Assembly (NCBI RefSeq): GCF_000143415.4
Contig: NW_003314273.1
Span: 186,001-250,000 of the forward strand
Source of the DNA: Selaginella moellendorffii
Taxonomy: Eukaryota; Plantae; Lycopodiophyta
DNA: 64,000 bases
Reading direction: 5' to 3'
Part shown: one piece after another, positions 46,946-60,670 of the stretch
Numbering within the stretch: the first letter of the stretch is position 1
Layout: every line of letters starts with the position of its first letter
The notes under the pieces: generated by a model
Seen by the model: the letters and a program-made list of their open reading frames with translations, nothing else
Databases searched by the model: none
What the model was told of the DNA's origin: nothing
Translations under genes and position numbers: made by a program

Positions 46946-49900
46946 TGATCAAGTCATCACTCATTGTTACTCTTGAGAGTTTTTAATCTCTAAATGTATA
47001 AATATCATTTGATTATGTGATAGTCAATCTCTTCTAAACCTTAAATTTGGCATGGATCTATCCAACCTTTTATAACCTTTCTAAACTCAATATAATGGTA
47101 ATTTGGGTAGACACCAATCCTCTTTGAATTTCTAAACATTCTCACCTTATTCAAATGGCCTAAAAGAATTAAGTTATATAAGGTTGATTGTTTTGTGAAG
47201 GCATTTGTAAATCTATGCTAAGTTGTCCTTGGCTTGGTTCTCAAAGTAGATGACAATTGGCATAAAGGATATCAATTCTTGAAATAATAAAATTTATAAA
47301 CTTATTTATAATTATTATTGTTCTTTATACATTATATGTTTAACATTAATGCCCATTTACATATTCTACTTTTCCTTAAAATGTTATTATTTATATTATA
47401 GTATGGTTCACAACTTATAAGCATCATTAAATTTGGCTTATATGAAAAATATTTTCATTTTTGTAATGCATTCAATTGAAGCACAAATATAAATAGCCAA
47501 CTACCTATATTTCAAAGAAATTTTTCTTAATAAATTTTTTTATTATTGCATTGATAGTAAAAAAGAAATGTTTGAGCCTTATTTACCAAGATTTTAATAA
47601 AGTGTAATTAAATATAGCTCTAATTTAATGGGCTTCAGCTTTGATTTGTTAGAAAATATTAGATCTCTAATTTTATTATCGATTTAAAAATATTTTAGGG
47701 GTCTTTTAGTGTTTAGTTGAACCACTTAAAACTGTAAACTCTAGAGTTCTACTATCTACCTACTTAATTTTTTCATATCTTTACACTTGTGATGCTTTTA
47801 GCTTTACTATTCAAGTTTTATATTTTTTAGTTTGCTAGAAGGTTAAGGAAATCCCTTTAACCATGGTATTTGATGGAGTTGAGCACAAAACAAACTATGC
47901 AATCATATATTATATGGAAAAAAATTTCTTCTATTGCATAAAAGTCAATGAAAAGTAATTCTTAAACACTCTTGCTTACCCATCTCTACTTAAAGAGTAT
48001 GAGACCTCTAATAGAAATATATAATTTGGTTTGTTTGTTTGAAAGTGTTTAAATATTGACATTGGAGAAGAGTCAGTACAATCTCATAGAGGTTTAAGCC
48101 AAAAACCTTTATAAGAAAAGCCTTGACATAAAACTGTCTAAACATTAGAATTGCCTATTTGTGTGAAGAGCTATAATAAAACATCTCTTCTCTATTGTCG
48201 ATAACAAAGATTAGCTTTGCATCATCACTTGCAAACTCAATGATGCAGCCATGAGTGTAGCATTGATCAAGGAAAAAGAAATAAAAAAAGAAAAAATACT
48301 ATCTACTAGGTATAATTCTAGGAATATTCTTAGATGATTATTCCATAGAGGTTATTGAGATTATAATGCATTTTCCAATGGGATCTAATGCTAGAGCTAC
48401 TACAAATCCATGCTCCAAGCTAGAATTAAGATCCAACATTAGAGCAGAAAGGTGGATTTTCTGAGGAAGCTCTACTTCCTTGCAAGCAATACATGTTCTC
48501 TAGAACATGTACTACGATATAGATGGGTTGTAAAATTATGGCATACAAATTCAATAACTTTTAACAGCTTGAGTACTTAACGGGAAAGATATTGCCCATT
48601 AAGAATGTGTAAAGAAGTCTTCTGAAGGTGAAGATCTGGTGCCAAAACCATTGTAGAAAGTCACTAAAACCACTAAAGAAAGTGAACTCACATTGAGCAT
48701 TTATGATAAAGTAAATGCTTTATTTAAGGCAACTCTTAGAGATTTTTGGAGATGTATCCACCCTAATATGTTCTATTTATCCATTGACTTATCATTTTCA
48801 GAAATTATTTTTTGCTTCCATATCAAATACCAACAAGCCAAGCTCATGGGATCTATGAATTTCAACCTGTTTCAAAGGCTTAGAATCCTTTTCAGATTAT
48901 ATTAAGCTCCTCTACTTGCTGTAGAAGTGGAAACATGATTGGGTTAGCAAACACCTCTAACTCCTTGACATTGGGTATTTATAGAACCTTAGGAATCTTC
49001 ACTATTAGTTTGATCCTGACCAGGTTTTGAGAAGATTAGTCAACATTTTAAACACCATATCAAGGCATATTGCAAAAAATAATGAGATTACAATCCACCA
49101 CTTTGGTATCTGGCAACCATGCACATGATGGAATCTTTAGCTTCAGTAGAGAATGCAAATGAACCTAAAACTTTAATTAAATGAAGTCTGATGGAGAAGG
49201 GATTAGTGATTGAAGAGTTCTCAAAAAGAGGATTATTGAAAACGATGGTAGACATAAATGTGGGAGGGAATGGGATAGGATGTGTGAAGATGGAAAAAGG
49301 TTTGTGGAGGATGACTAAGGTGGGAAAATGGTCTTAGAATCTTAGATAATGGCACAAAATTTAATATAGAGTTTATGGTGTTATATATCATCTTAGGAAA
49401 TATAAAGGATTGTAAACCATGGCAACCATCATCATGCATCTTTACCTGTAAATATCTCAAACTCTTAGTTGGACTTCCTTTATCTCTCACTAAAAATGCT
49501 ATAGGAAGTTGCTCTACTCCAGTGCAGTTCTCCAGATTTGCAGCAGCTCTCCCCTGCATTTCTTGCAAATTATTCAGATTTCCATCCTTGCGTTTGATTT
49601 GCCCCTTTGATTTGCCATTATGCTATTGTTAATATGGAGGAAATCTGAGCCAGCATAAAACCCTAAACCTAGATACACATGGTGAACTTGGAGTAGTGCT
49701 TTCTTTTATCCACTATGATCTTTATAGCTCAGTTATTCACATTTGAAGTAGTTAGTCAAACTGACAAAGGCAATAGATATGATTTCTCCACCACTTTGTG
49801 GATTTCCAAGAGGACATTCAGCACCTAGAGACTTCAGGATATAATATTTCTAATGAACCATCATTACTTGAAGCCATTCTGGCATTTAGAGTTCTTTCTT

Positions 49901-51296
49901 TTCCTTTCTTTTTTTCTTTTTATCATTCTCTCATTTAGTTATTTTATTTTATGTTTTTCATTTTTCTCACCCTTTTTTTCATGGTTATCTCATGCAGTTA
50001 TGAGGAGTGTTCTTTGACCAAGGCTCTCTAGCTTAAACTACTTTATCCTAATAAGTTGTAAGATATGAGTTTTATAGATTATGCTTAGAGTTTTTAATTT
50101 TCCTTCTTCATCACCCTCACAACTTTTCTCTCAATATTCCTCATTATCATTTATAGTCACCATTATTGTTTTCAATCATTTTCTATAGTGTTGCCCGCAT
50201 ATGCCACTTTTTTTTTATGACACCATAGCTGGGCTCAACATTTTTTCAACAATTTTCTATATTCAATTTACTCACCCAGATAATCCTTAAACACAATTAA
50301 AGTTTTAGCCAAAGATTCATTATCATCTACCAAATTACAAAAGTAGATCATCATAACAGTTTCGACTTAATTGCAAGTTCAGACTTCTAGTGGCTGATTG
50401 AGCCTTGTATGGCTAATTCCCCTCACCTTCCATTCATCCACAAGCAATACATCTCATCTTCTTCTCTTCTTTCACTTGAACAAAGTATTTACAGTGTAAT
50501 CTAAGGCTTAGATAAAATATTTTAACTTGTTTTATTTTTAATCTTTTCTTTTTTACATTGCAAGTTCTGTTCCATACTTTGTTCCCATTACTTTTTTCAT
50601 TTTCCTTTTCCATTTTATCTTTATCTCATCATCCATCCTTTGTCCTCTATTTACGTGTTCTTGCTATGTCAAAGCCTGGACATCTACCCAATGGAGTGAG
50701 GGTACAATTCTAAAGATATTCTTAGATATACTTGATGGATGGAGAAATTATTTAATATAACACCTTTTCTAGAGGGATTTTCAGTGAGAGATAGATTTTT
50801 TCAAGGGGATCTTGAGTGTGCAAGAGATTCCCAGACAACACATTTAATGCAAGAACAATTGCAATTATATAAAATCCTAAGAAAGGACTAGAGTTACCAC
50901 TCCTGCTTGGTCCAAGTTACAAGATTTGTAAATCTTAAATATGCTTAATACTGTTCAAAACAAATTTACCAATACACAAAATTAACAGAACATAGTTGCA
51001 TAGAAGAAACAGAAATAGAGACAAGGAAAACTAAACAAAAGATAACTTAAGAATTTCATGCAACTGAATGTACAAACATTGAATCCAAGAAAAATTCATG
51101 GAGCCAGAGGACCATTAGAAAAGAAGAATAAGAACAAGCATATCATATGTTTCAAATCGTGTTATGGTGGTACAGACTAGACCGGGCCATACACAACCCA
51201 TTTAACAGGAATGTCTGTTGTTAGGCGATGTAAGAAATCTCTGCTGTATCCTGATCGTGCAGAAAACTCCAATTTACCTCTCAATGGTCTTGGTTG

Positions 51297-53252
51297 ATGA
51301 GCAAAATATTGGCAGAGGTATGGAAGACCAAGAACAGTGCAATCGAGCTGCAGTTCTCTGCTCTGCTGGGTTCTTGCCGGGATCTAGCGACTGGAAGGCG
51401 AATCCACGCTCAGATTTTAGCAGGAGGAGGAGCCCCAACCCGATTCCTGTCCAATCTCATCGTCCAAATGTATGGAAAGTGCGGAAGCGTGGCCGATGCA
51501 GAGCTCGCATTCCGATCCATCCGAGATCCCAATCTCTTCTCTCACAGCATGATCATCTCGGCCTACATCCACAACGGGCAGCTGGATCAAGCGCGTGCAA
51601 TGTTTTCTTCCTTCCATAACCGCGACGTGGTGCTGTGGAACACGATGCTTCAGGGATATGCCAGAACTGGGGATATCGTTGAGGCCACGAAGCTCTTCCA
51701 GGACATTCCTTCCAAGGATGCGGTATCGTGGAGCGAGGTCGTCCAGGCGCACGCACACGCTGGTGATTTGTGTAGTGCGCGGCAGATTCTAGACAAAATG
51801 CCGCTGTGGAACACCGGATCGTGGACTGCAATGCTTGTAGCAAATGCACAAGCAGGGCATCTTGACCAGACCTGGTTTTGTTTTGTGGGCATTCGTTTTC
51901 TAGACATTGTGGCGTGTAACGCAATGCTACAAGCGTTTACGAACTCTGGGGAGTATTTCAAGGCCTTTGAGCTGTTCTTTAAAATACCCAAGCACAACGT
52001 TGTTAGCTGCACAACAATGCTCGCTGCATATGCCCAAAAGGGACACAGTTTAGAGTTGAAACAGTTTTTCCAGGATATGCTTTGCAGAACGCCTATAACG
52101 TGGAACGCAATGGTGAACTGTTGCAAGCTTAACGACGCCAAAGAAACTGCCAAAAGAATGCCTGCCCATGACGTGATGACGTGGACGTCTCTGGTAACTG
52201 CATATGCCCAGGCCGGGGATCTTGACGAGGCTCGCAGCCTCTTTGATCGGATGCCCGAGAAGAATGTGGTGTCGTGGAACGCAATGATCCAAGCTCTCGG
52301 GCAGAACGAACATCCCAGCGAAGCGATGGATCTCTTCCTCGCAGCGCCGCTTCGCGAGATCGTCACCTGGAACCATATGATCGTGGCAATGGGCCAAAAC
52401 GGCGAGATCGAGCAGGCGCGCCTGGTCTTTGATCGATTGCCCGCCCGGGACGTCGTCTCCTGGAGCTCGATCACCGCCGCGCTCGCCCACAACGGATCCA
52501 TCCAAGAGGCGCGCGCGCTCTTCGACCACCACACTCCGGAGAGGAACCTCGTATCGTGGAACGCGATGGTGGCCGCCTACGGCCAATCCGGCGACGCCAC
52601 CCTCGCCAAGGCCGTGTTCGATCGCAGCCCAGGGTGGAACACACTCTCCTGGAACTCGATCCTCGTCGCGCTCGCGGGCAACGGCCTCGTCGATCGAGCG
52701 CGCGAGATGTTCGACGGCTTCCCCGGCTCCCGGAACCTCGTCTCCTGGAGCGCGATGATCCAGGCGTACGCGCTCCACGCGCGGGGCGATCTCGCGCTGG
52801 GGCTCCTCCGGGAGATGGACGTGGAGGGGATCGAGGCGGACGAATCCACGCTCCTGGGCGTTCTTGCGCTGTGCGGTCACCTGGGGATGCTGAGGGAGGG
52901 GGTGGAGATGTTTCGGTGCCTGGCGAGCGATCGGTGGATGGAGCCCGGGGGCGAGCACTACAGCTGCATGGTGAGCTTGCTGGGGCGAGTGGGGATGGTG
53001 GAGGCGGCGGAGGAGCTGGTGCGGGCGATGCCGTTTATGCCCGGGGTGGCGGCGTGGACGAGCGTGTTGAATGCGTGCCGGACGCACGACCAGGTGGAGG
53101 TGGCGGAGAGGATGTGCGAGGATGCGCTGGAGGCGTTCCCGGACTGCCCCAGCCCCTACTCGCTCCTCGCCAATGTTTTGTCCAGGGGTATTTGCAAGGG
53201 TGCTGCGTCTGCCACCTTTCGCCGGAGGTCAGATCAGTTTATGAAACAGTAG
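51297..53252 (+). CDS. Pentatricopeptide repeat protein, PLS class with E-type tail and no DYW domain
   Basis: Intronless ORF with many ARxLFDRMPEKNVVSWNAMI repeats, LIVQMYGKCGSV, EHYSCMVSLLGRVG...MPFMPGVAAWTSVLNACRTH. Confidence 0.95.
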   Translation: MSKILAEVWKTKNSAIELQFSALLGSCRDLATGRRIHAQILAGGGAPTRFLSNLIVQMYGKCGSVADAELAFRSIRDPNLFSHSMIISAYIHNGQLDQARAMFSSFHNRDVVLWNTMLQGYARTGDIVEATKLFQDIPSKDAVSWSEVVQAHAHAGDLCSARQILDKMPLWNTGSWTAMLVANAQAGHLDQTWFCFVGIRFLDIVACNAMLQAFTNSGEYFKAFELFFKIPKHNVVSCTTMLAAYAQKGHSLELKQFFQDMLCRTPITWNAMVNCCKLNDAKETAKRMPAHDVMTWTSLVTAYAQAGDLDEARSLFDRMPEKNVVSWNAMIQALGQNEHPSEAMDLFLAAPLREIVTWNHMIVAMGQNGEIEQARLVFDRLPARDVVSWSSITAALAHNGSIQEARALFDHHTPERNLVSWNAMVAAYGQSGDATLAKAVFDRSPGWNTLSWNSILVALAGNGLVDRAREMFDGFPGSRNLVSWSAMIQAYALHARGDLALGLLREMDVEGIEADESTLLGVLALCGHLGMLREGVEMFRCLASDRWMEPGGEHYSCMVSLLGRVGMVEAAEELVRAMPFMPGVAAWTSVLNACRTHDQVEVAERMCEDALEAFPDCPSPYSLLANVLSRGICKGAASATFRRRSDQFMKQ

Positions 53253-53549
53253 TACCAATTTGTCCTGTCAAAATAGTAATAATAATATAAATTGTTATAT
53301 AATTCCTATAATAATGGTGATACTTTAACATCTCTTTATCTATAAGAATAATAATTCTAGAGTTTCGAGAAAGGTACTCTTCCTTTGTATCTTCATGCTG
53401 CGGGTCATGATGCACATCAATCACTTTGGAGCTTGCAAGTTTTACTAAACTAATATTACATTTTTTTTTTCTTTTTGCACTTTTAATCAACAACACCAAA
53501 TTATAAATTAAAAGCGTGGTTATAATAGATAAAAGGGGTGCCTGCGTTG

Positions 53550-56500
53550 TCAGCCGAGGAAGGACCAGTTGATGAACATGTAAGCCACGCACTGCGCATT
53601 GTCTTCCTCGTCCACAACTTTCCACGCCACTGCGCGGTCGTAAGCCGCGGGCCTTCCCTTGCTCGAGAGCTTGATACCGGGTGGAAGGCACGCATACCCC
53701 TGCGAGTAACAAAGAGAAAGCTTAGCCGGAGTAGCGAACATCGCTATGGAGTACCTGTTGAATGATCTGTGAGAATTCCGCGGCGCTGGCCTTCCTGGCA
53801 TTGTCGTCCAGCGTCTTGTCCCACGGGATCCCGTGTAGCTCGGACCAGGTCGTCTCCAGCATCTCCAGGCCGGCCCGGTTTGCAAACACGAACTCCGGGA
53901 TCATAGCCTGCGCAAAGAACCGATGTTTTAGAATCGCCACTTTGCTGCAGAGGGAGAAACGTTTTTACCTTCCAGGTACAGCACAGGATAGCGTCCTTGT
54001 GATGCCAGAAAGCGTCAGTGCTTCCTGGATCCGACTCAGTGAGATCCGAGGCGAAGTTTGCCCTGCACGATCGGTTGCTTAATGATATCAACCAAGGATA
54101 CAAAAAGCTTTACCTGTAACTTCGCAAGATCTGATGGGCCAAGAGTAATGCCTCGACGTTCCTTGGACCCACGCGGGGCCCGAGCCGGAATGATGCCAGT
54201 GCCATGGCAATGCTTTGCACGGAAGCCATGACATGACGAACGTATTGGCGTGCGCTGGTCGCCACCTCGTCACGGTTGTGCGCTTCAAAGAGAAACTGGA
54301 ACGCTAACGTCAATACGGAGCGCAGGTGGCAGCCAGACTCGTCCGGAAATTTTCCAATATCTGCTCCTCCCTCTAAACTGGACGCCAGGTCCAGTGTGCG
54401 TGACAAGCCGCTGCTATCCTGCAGAAGCGAAGCATACAAATTGTCAGATATACATACGTCCCGAGTTTTTGCTTTGTACTCACCACACCACTGTCTAAAG
54501 GTATCACTCGGAAGCCCGACGGCAACAAAGGAACGTCTTCCGAAACAGCGGCATCAACCGGAGCAAAGACGAGCTGAGCACAAACTCCCGTCGCATTATC
54601 ATCGTGACCGCTACAGAGCTGTCAAAGGCCCATAATTCATGTCAAGAATAAGCACATTTAAAGAAAGCGATCGAGCTAACCTGGAGCAAGACTGTTTCCC
54701 TGGGAATAACAACGCCATTCTGACCAGAAGCGTGACCTTCCAGCTTAACGACCTCGAGAAACTGCAAGCCAAACCAATTACAATCGCGCATCACAACAAG
54801 GACAACGCTCAAAACCTCTTCTTCCTCGGCGGACTGAACTAATGGAACAGGGCACTGGCCGATGACGTTTCCCCTGGAGAAACCGCAAGCACTAGCCCTC
54901 ATAGAAGCAGTGTCCAAGACAACGTTACAGTCCGCCCATTCGGAGCGGTGTTCGCGTAGGAAACGGATCAAAGTGGCTGGAGGAACATTCTACAATAAAA
55001 ACCAAAGTAGCGGTTAACGTCTTTACTTTGCACATATATCTGTAAGCTCACCTGAAGTAGCATTGACGCCTTAGCACAAAGAACACCACCTCCGACAGCA
55101 TACAATCGGTCCGGTGGCATGACTTGCCCTCCGATACTGCTGGCATTTGGAGCCACATTAATCGCAACGGTGACATCACCGTCTATTGCGTCAGTGATCA
55201 TCCATCCGTCGTCAGCAAAGCTATTGACCGCCTCATTAAATCCCCTGTGTCATTAGATTCTTGCCGAAATGAGGCCCAGCAAAAAGGTTTTGGAACCGCA
55301 TTATTACCGTGCAATTCGGCGACTGACACCTCTCCATGCAGCACTCTGCTGGGCTCCTCGAGGAGCGTTTTCGTTCAAAGGAGATTCGTATATAAGACGT
55401 CGTAAGAACCTCAAAGCCTGTAGAACGAAATAAAAGTAATAAGTCGTGAGTTTCAAAGACCAAGAAGTAAGTTATACCCCCAGAGTCATCCTCTGGGCCA
55501 AGACAGATGATGATTCGTACAACGGCCGGAGAACTTCGTGCACCTTCCAAGACTGTAGGATTCACAAGCCAAACGTTAGCGCGTGCGAGCAGCCATTGCA
55601 TAAAAACGCACCTCCAGATCCATGTGATCGACAATGTAGATGCTGCACACGTTGCCTTCGAATGGCCGGATAAGAAAGCCGCTAGCAAGCATTTCGGCTC
55701 GGACAAAGTCATTCCCTGCTTTCGCGGCGGGGAGGCCATGGACGCCACTCAGAGATTTCTCGCAGACCTTGACATGCACAGAAAATCCCACATCAAATCT
55801 TTTTCCCAGCCATTCGGCTTCTTTACGCACCACTAAATCTCCCTCGTCCAAAAAGGTTGTGTAACGCAGTGTCCAGAAGTCTCTGGCAGCGGCAAGTGTT
55901 GTGGGGGCGTACATCTGCAAAAGAAGAAAAAGACTCGCGTGCATTAGCAGCAACACCAGATATTCTGCGACTGAAATCACCTGAGTGTATACCAACTCCA
56001 CAGTCCCACCATTTGGGGTAGGAAAGGCACGCAAGACTTCAAGGCGTCGACAGTCTCGGAGCCAGGAGGATCGGTCTTTCAGGATTTCCGCGACCTTCCA
56101 AAAGTTGCATAAAACATATAAGACTCGCAAAACCATACACTCCAATAAGCATACCTTGTCGGGTTCTAGACCAACTAGACCCCAGGCTCGAGCAGCTACA
56201 CCAGTACTGCCATGTGAAATCGCTGCAGTACCAGCAGAATCAGGACCAGGCTGCCAAAGAAACACAATAATCTCAGCATATATACATCCAAAATGGAAAA
56301 ATATGCATTACCTTCATCCCAGGCAACTGGATCCAATCCACGGCCGTGCCTCTAGCCTTTGCTAGAAACTCAGTCAGAGTTTCCTCCGCAATAGCCAAGA
56401 GTCTGCCAAAGCAAAAGCAAGATCAGTGTCATATCACTTTCAGGAAAGCGAGCATCGCTGACTGACCCAGCGGGACTTGAATCGCGCGCAATCTGGGGCG

Positions 56501-57294
56501 CTGTTGTTGTTGTAGTCGTAGAAGCAGCGACCAGCTGCTGAGGCATCCCGCCCGTCACCTCCGAGTCGGGGCTCCTATCAGCCGCAAGCGCTGCCTGGAA
56601 AACAGAAAAGACTCAAGACTTTCAGTACCAAGAACGAGAAAGACTGGGGAGAAAAAACATTAATCACCTGTGCATCATTAGCATATCTCCGAGAGAGCTT
56701 GAGATCTCTCTCGGAGCCTCCCTGCTGCTGCAGCTGCTGGCGCAGGTACTGGTTCTCCAACGCCAATTGCGAGCTGTGCTTGGTGAGGCGCTCGTTCTCC
56801 TCCATAATGATCTTGTTCATAGCCGTCAGCGATGCGTTCACGCTCTGCAGCCGCGACGTCTCCTTGCGCTGCTTCTCGCGGCATCTACCCAAAGAGAAGA
56901 AAGGAAAAATGAGATCTTGGAAACCTTTAGAGCTAGCTAGAAAGTAAACTATAGCAACTTTAGCTAGAAAGATGGAAGAAATGAGTAACTAGTTGCAAGT
57001 TCTAGCAAGAACACCACCTAGAAGAGGAATGTACTCCATGATGATCATCTAGCTAATGCACATTTCTTGGATGAGCACTCACCGGCGATTCTGGAACCAG
57101 ACTTTGATCTGCCTGGGCTCGATGTTGGCAAGAACCGGATACTCACGCAAGAGCTGCTGCCGCCGAATGGAGCTCGGCTTGGGGCACTCGTTATAGACCC
57201 GCTCCAATGCCTCGACTTGCTCAGGCGTGTAGCGAATGTACTTCCCCGCATCCATGATATGCTTGTTTGAATCCTTCATTTTCATCACGGCCAT
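53550..57294 (-). CDS. C3HDZ: Class III HD-Zip transcription factor (HD, leucine zipper, START, MEKHLA), many short introns
   Basis: GKYIRYTPEQVEALERVYNECPKPS...QIKVWFQNRR|CREKQRKE; WIQLPGMK|PGPDS; YAPTTLAAARDFWTLRY; LCAKASMLLQ; RTLDLASSLE; FVFANRAGLEMLETT; AYMFINWSFLG*. Confidence 0.96.
56241..56322 (-). promoter_or_regulatory. miR165/166 target site, split by intron 56251-56311
   Basis: Spliced sequence CTGGGATGAAG|CCTGGTCCTG at the canonical START-domain position. Confidence 0.85.
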
Positions 57295-59779
57295 TCCCCA
57301 GGCGCTAGCCTAGGACATCCACCTCTTCTCGATTCATCCTCCTCCCACCTCCCACATCATCGCAGCCGCTGCTAGACTACCAAATATTTCGCCATCGCGG
57401 GTGATATTTCAGCAGCGCGATCGCTCCTCCATGCCGCCACACCTGAGATTACCCCCTAGATGATCCGCCGGAGCACAAAGAAGACATCCAGCTCCATTCT
57501 TGGCCAAGAACCAGTCCTGGAATGGGAAATCGCCGCAACCGCGCGCTCACATATCCAATGCCGCTGCTGGACGAGTCGCCGATACCGAGAGCCGATTCGC
57601 AATCCGAGAGAGAAGGACGCAGCAGCACATCAAAGACGAGACAAGGACCGAGCATGAGGGAACACGAGCACGCAGCGAAATCATAAGCCTTGAAGCAGGG
57701 GACTTATGGGGAAATGGGGCGGCCACATTGGCGAGGGCGTACTTGTGGCCATGGCGCCCTGGTGCCGTACAATCGCGGGGCCCACGCTCACGGCCGCCCG
57801 TCGGCGGGGCGGCAGCCAGCGGCTGACACGTCGCCAGCGGCCCGTCAGCGGCCGTCACCATTCCCGGGGACCACGACACCGTACCGTTACGCGGCCGCCC
57901 CTTAGTAAAGGTTCGCCATCCGTACGCCCTAATTAGGGTAAATCTGGAGAATATGCGTTGTCTCATAAGTTGTCACACAAGTTCTAAGGCGCCATGGTTT
58001 CAAGGCGGAGGTTGGGCAGTCTGTTTTTCAGGGGATGTGTTTTTATGGCCCTCTCAATTTGCCGGGTCCTTTGCCGATCACGAGATTTGTGTCCTCTTCA
58101 GAAGCTCGCAGAAGCAGCCCGGGAAATAATCCCCGGAATCTTTTCTCCCGCGGGGAATATTCTCCCTGTCGGGATGCTCAAACGGGACGCAAGACCCGGG
58201 ATGAAATTGACGGGTGGGCTCTTGCGTGCCTGACACAAACAAAAGCGAGAAAAAGATTGATAGATTGGTTGTCTGTGCTATAGTTTATTTCGCAAGGATT
58301 TTTCGTGCCGGTTAAAACTTGGATCTTTCCTTGTCTTTTGCTCCATCCTAGATTTGCAAAGCTGAGATATCGCAGAGTTTTGTATGTGTGTGGTGTGTCC
58401 TCTCTCTCTCCAGTCTGCCACAAGATTCCAGCCCAGAGAGACGCTCTCGCCTCCCTGCGAATGTATTGATCTCCTAAATAATGGGGAGACGAGAGGATTG
58501 AAAGCGTCCCAATTTGCTTGGCGTTATGTGCTTGTTTGATAGCTGTTTTGTTATAGTGGTATCATCCACATTCATCCATCCAGGAATCCCATCGAAATCC
58601 ATCCAAGATCCACGATCCATCCATCCATTGATTCGCCTGCATTGGTCAATCTCGTTGTGGCTCCAATTGTCAAGCCTTTAAAAAAAGGAGAGAAAAGAGC
58701 ACCACTTCCATAGCTCGCTTGCAGAAGCAGAGACCACTAACGCGAGGAGATTTTGCTGCCCAGTCGGTTAAGCCACAGGTGCCTTTGGGTCCCCCTTCCC
58801 ACCCAGGCCAGTAGTGGGCGGCCACGCGGCGGGCGGGGATTGGGCCCCGGCCCGGATCTTGTCGCCACTGGGGGTATATGCTTGGAGAATTGTTTTGCTC
58901 CCTGCTTGCTTGCATTGCATTCCTTCTTTCCTTCTTTTCTTGCAATGTAAGGGATATAGATCTTTGGGAACAAATCAAGTTGGTGTAAGCTCTCTCACAC
59001 TTGGGGGAATTTCACAATGCCAAGGAAAGGAGGGGGGGATGTTGGCAGCGTGCCCAACACGTCATGATACATGTCGGCATGCATCCATCCACCATCCATG
59101 ATGCCATATGGATGGGAGAGGGGGCGTACGGGCGCGAGGAGAATGTGGACCACGGTGGACCACTGTGGACCCCGAGTACGGAGCGTTTAATAATTCAAGA
59201 ATTATAGGACAATGTGTGAAGACCACAAGCACCAAGCTGGATCCTCTTTACCCATAGTTATTTTCCTTGAAAAGATTTTGTGACCCCTGTCTTGTCTTGC
59301 CAACCCAACATTGTTTATATGTATTTCAAGAGCCTTTAACTAACGGACTGTATCGCTTCATCACTAGGCGATGTCCAGCAGTGACAAACACCCAACAAAA
59401 GAGCGTTTTGATAATGCTCCTCGGCATCTTTTATACCCAAATTTTCTTTCACATCCCCACCTCTCCAAAAACTTCCGTCCGCCACCTTTTCTTTTCATAG
59501 CTTGTGCCAACCTTTTTGACTTGTGGCTAGGTGTCGCTACTTGGCTTGATATGATCGCCACCATGTTCTTTGCCAAAGCGAAAAGAATGTAAATCCAACA
59601 TGCAAAACGCACGCGTCCGAGGGCGCCACGTGTGCGTGTGAGGGACGCTACGTGATGTCACATCAACATCATCGTATGCCCTATATTTCATATACACTGC
59701 ACAGACAAAAGGTGCGTAGCTTAGTCTTTTTATAAAACCTTGGGCTGCTCCAAATGATAGAATAACTCTTTTGTGTTTT

Positions 59780-60467
59780 TCAGGCCTCGATGAACTCCCA
59801 CAGCTGGTTATCGCCAGTGTGCCACGAGAAAAGCATAAGCCTGTTGTTTGGCTGGACGCCGCCGTGTTTGCGATCACCGTGATCCACGTCCAAGTTCAGT
59901 TGAGTGTTCTCGAATGGACGAATCGCGAAGTACTTATCGTAGCTCTCGGGGCTCAGCGTCCATAGGATTGAGCTACTGAGCTCACAGTAGACAATGAGAA
60001 CGACCTGGATTGAGAGTTTAGAAGTTGGAGAATTGCTAATGAGCAGATGAAGTTATTTCTTACTTGTTCGTCGTCGTTAGCTCTGTGGCGAAGAACTCGC
60101 CCGGAACCGGCGTTTGTGAGGACGAAGGCCTTGCTGCCTGCCGCGTCTACGAAATTGTAAGTAGAGTTCAAGAACCAAATCTGTGTAAGTCCCCCGCATG
60201 AGAAAAAGAAGAAAAAGAAAAAACTGAGCCAGAGAAAGAAACGTCTTACTTACCTGGTTGCGACAAGTTGAGTCGCAGAGGTTCATTCTCACGGTTTCAT
60301 TCAGCGCCGTCAAACAATACGCTGATGAAGCCTTGGTTCGAAGTTGATAACTCCGAAAACTCGGCTCGCAATCTTGGGCAGCGCATCTGCACAACGGAAT
60401 TACGCGAAGAAAACTGCCAGCTACAATACCTCGAAACAAGACCAACTAGCGCCAGAAAGAAGAACAT
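59780..60467 (-). CDS. EUL (Euonymus/ricin-B-like) lectin with putative signal peptide; exons 60467-60430, 60386-60254, 60180-60064, 60004-59780
   Basis: MFFFLALVGLVSR|CAAQDC...AFVLTNAGSGRVLRH...LNLDVDHGDRKHGGVQ...WHTGDNQLW. Splice sites keep the frame. Confidence 0.85.
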
Positions 60468-60670
60468 TGTCACACTGCCTCGAGAAGTTTTCTCACGCAA
60501 CGATTGTAAGCTTCTTCCAGTCTTAAACATCGCGTGTCATCGTGCTTGGTATGAAGCTAACAATCTGTCCTGGAAGAATAAACAGCACAACCTCAGCAAA
60601 GCTGTGCGTATGATATTCCATTGTAAACAGCACCATCACCTTCGCGTGATGGTGACGAGTAACATTGTCG

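Noticed and set aside
47000-51200. AT-rich region with short ORFs, possibly a decayed gene or TE
   Set aside because: No motif, terminal repeat or homology I can support.
51650-53290. Long antisense and alternative-frame ORFs (294, 345, 244 aa)
   Set aside because: Shadows of the GC-rich PPR coding sequence.
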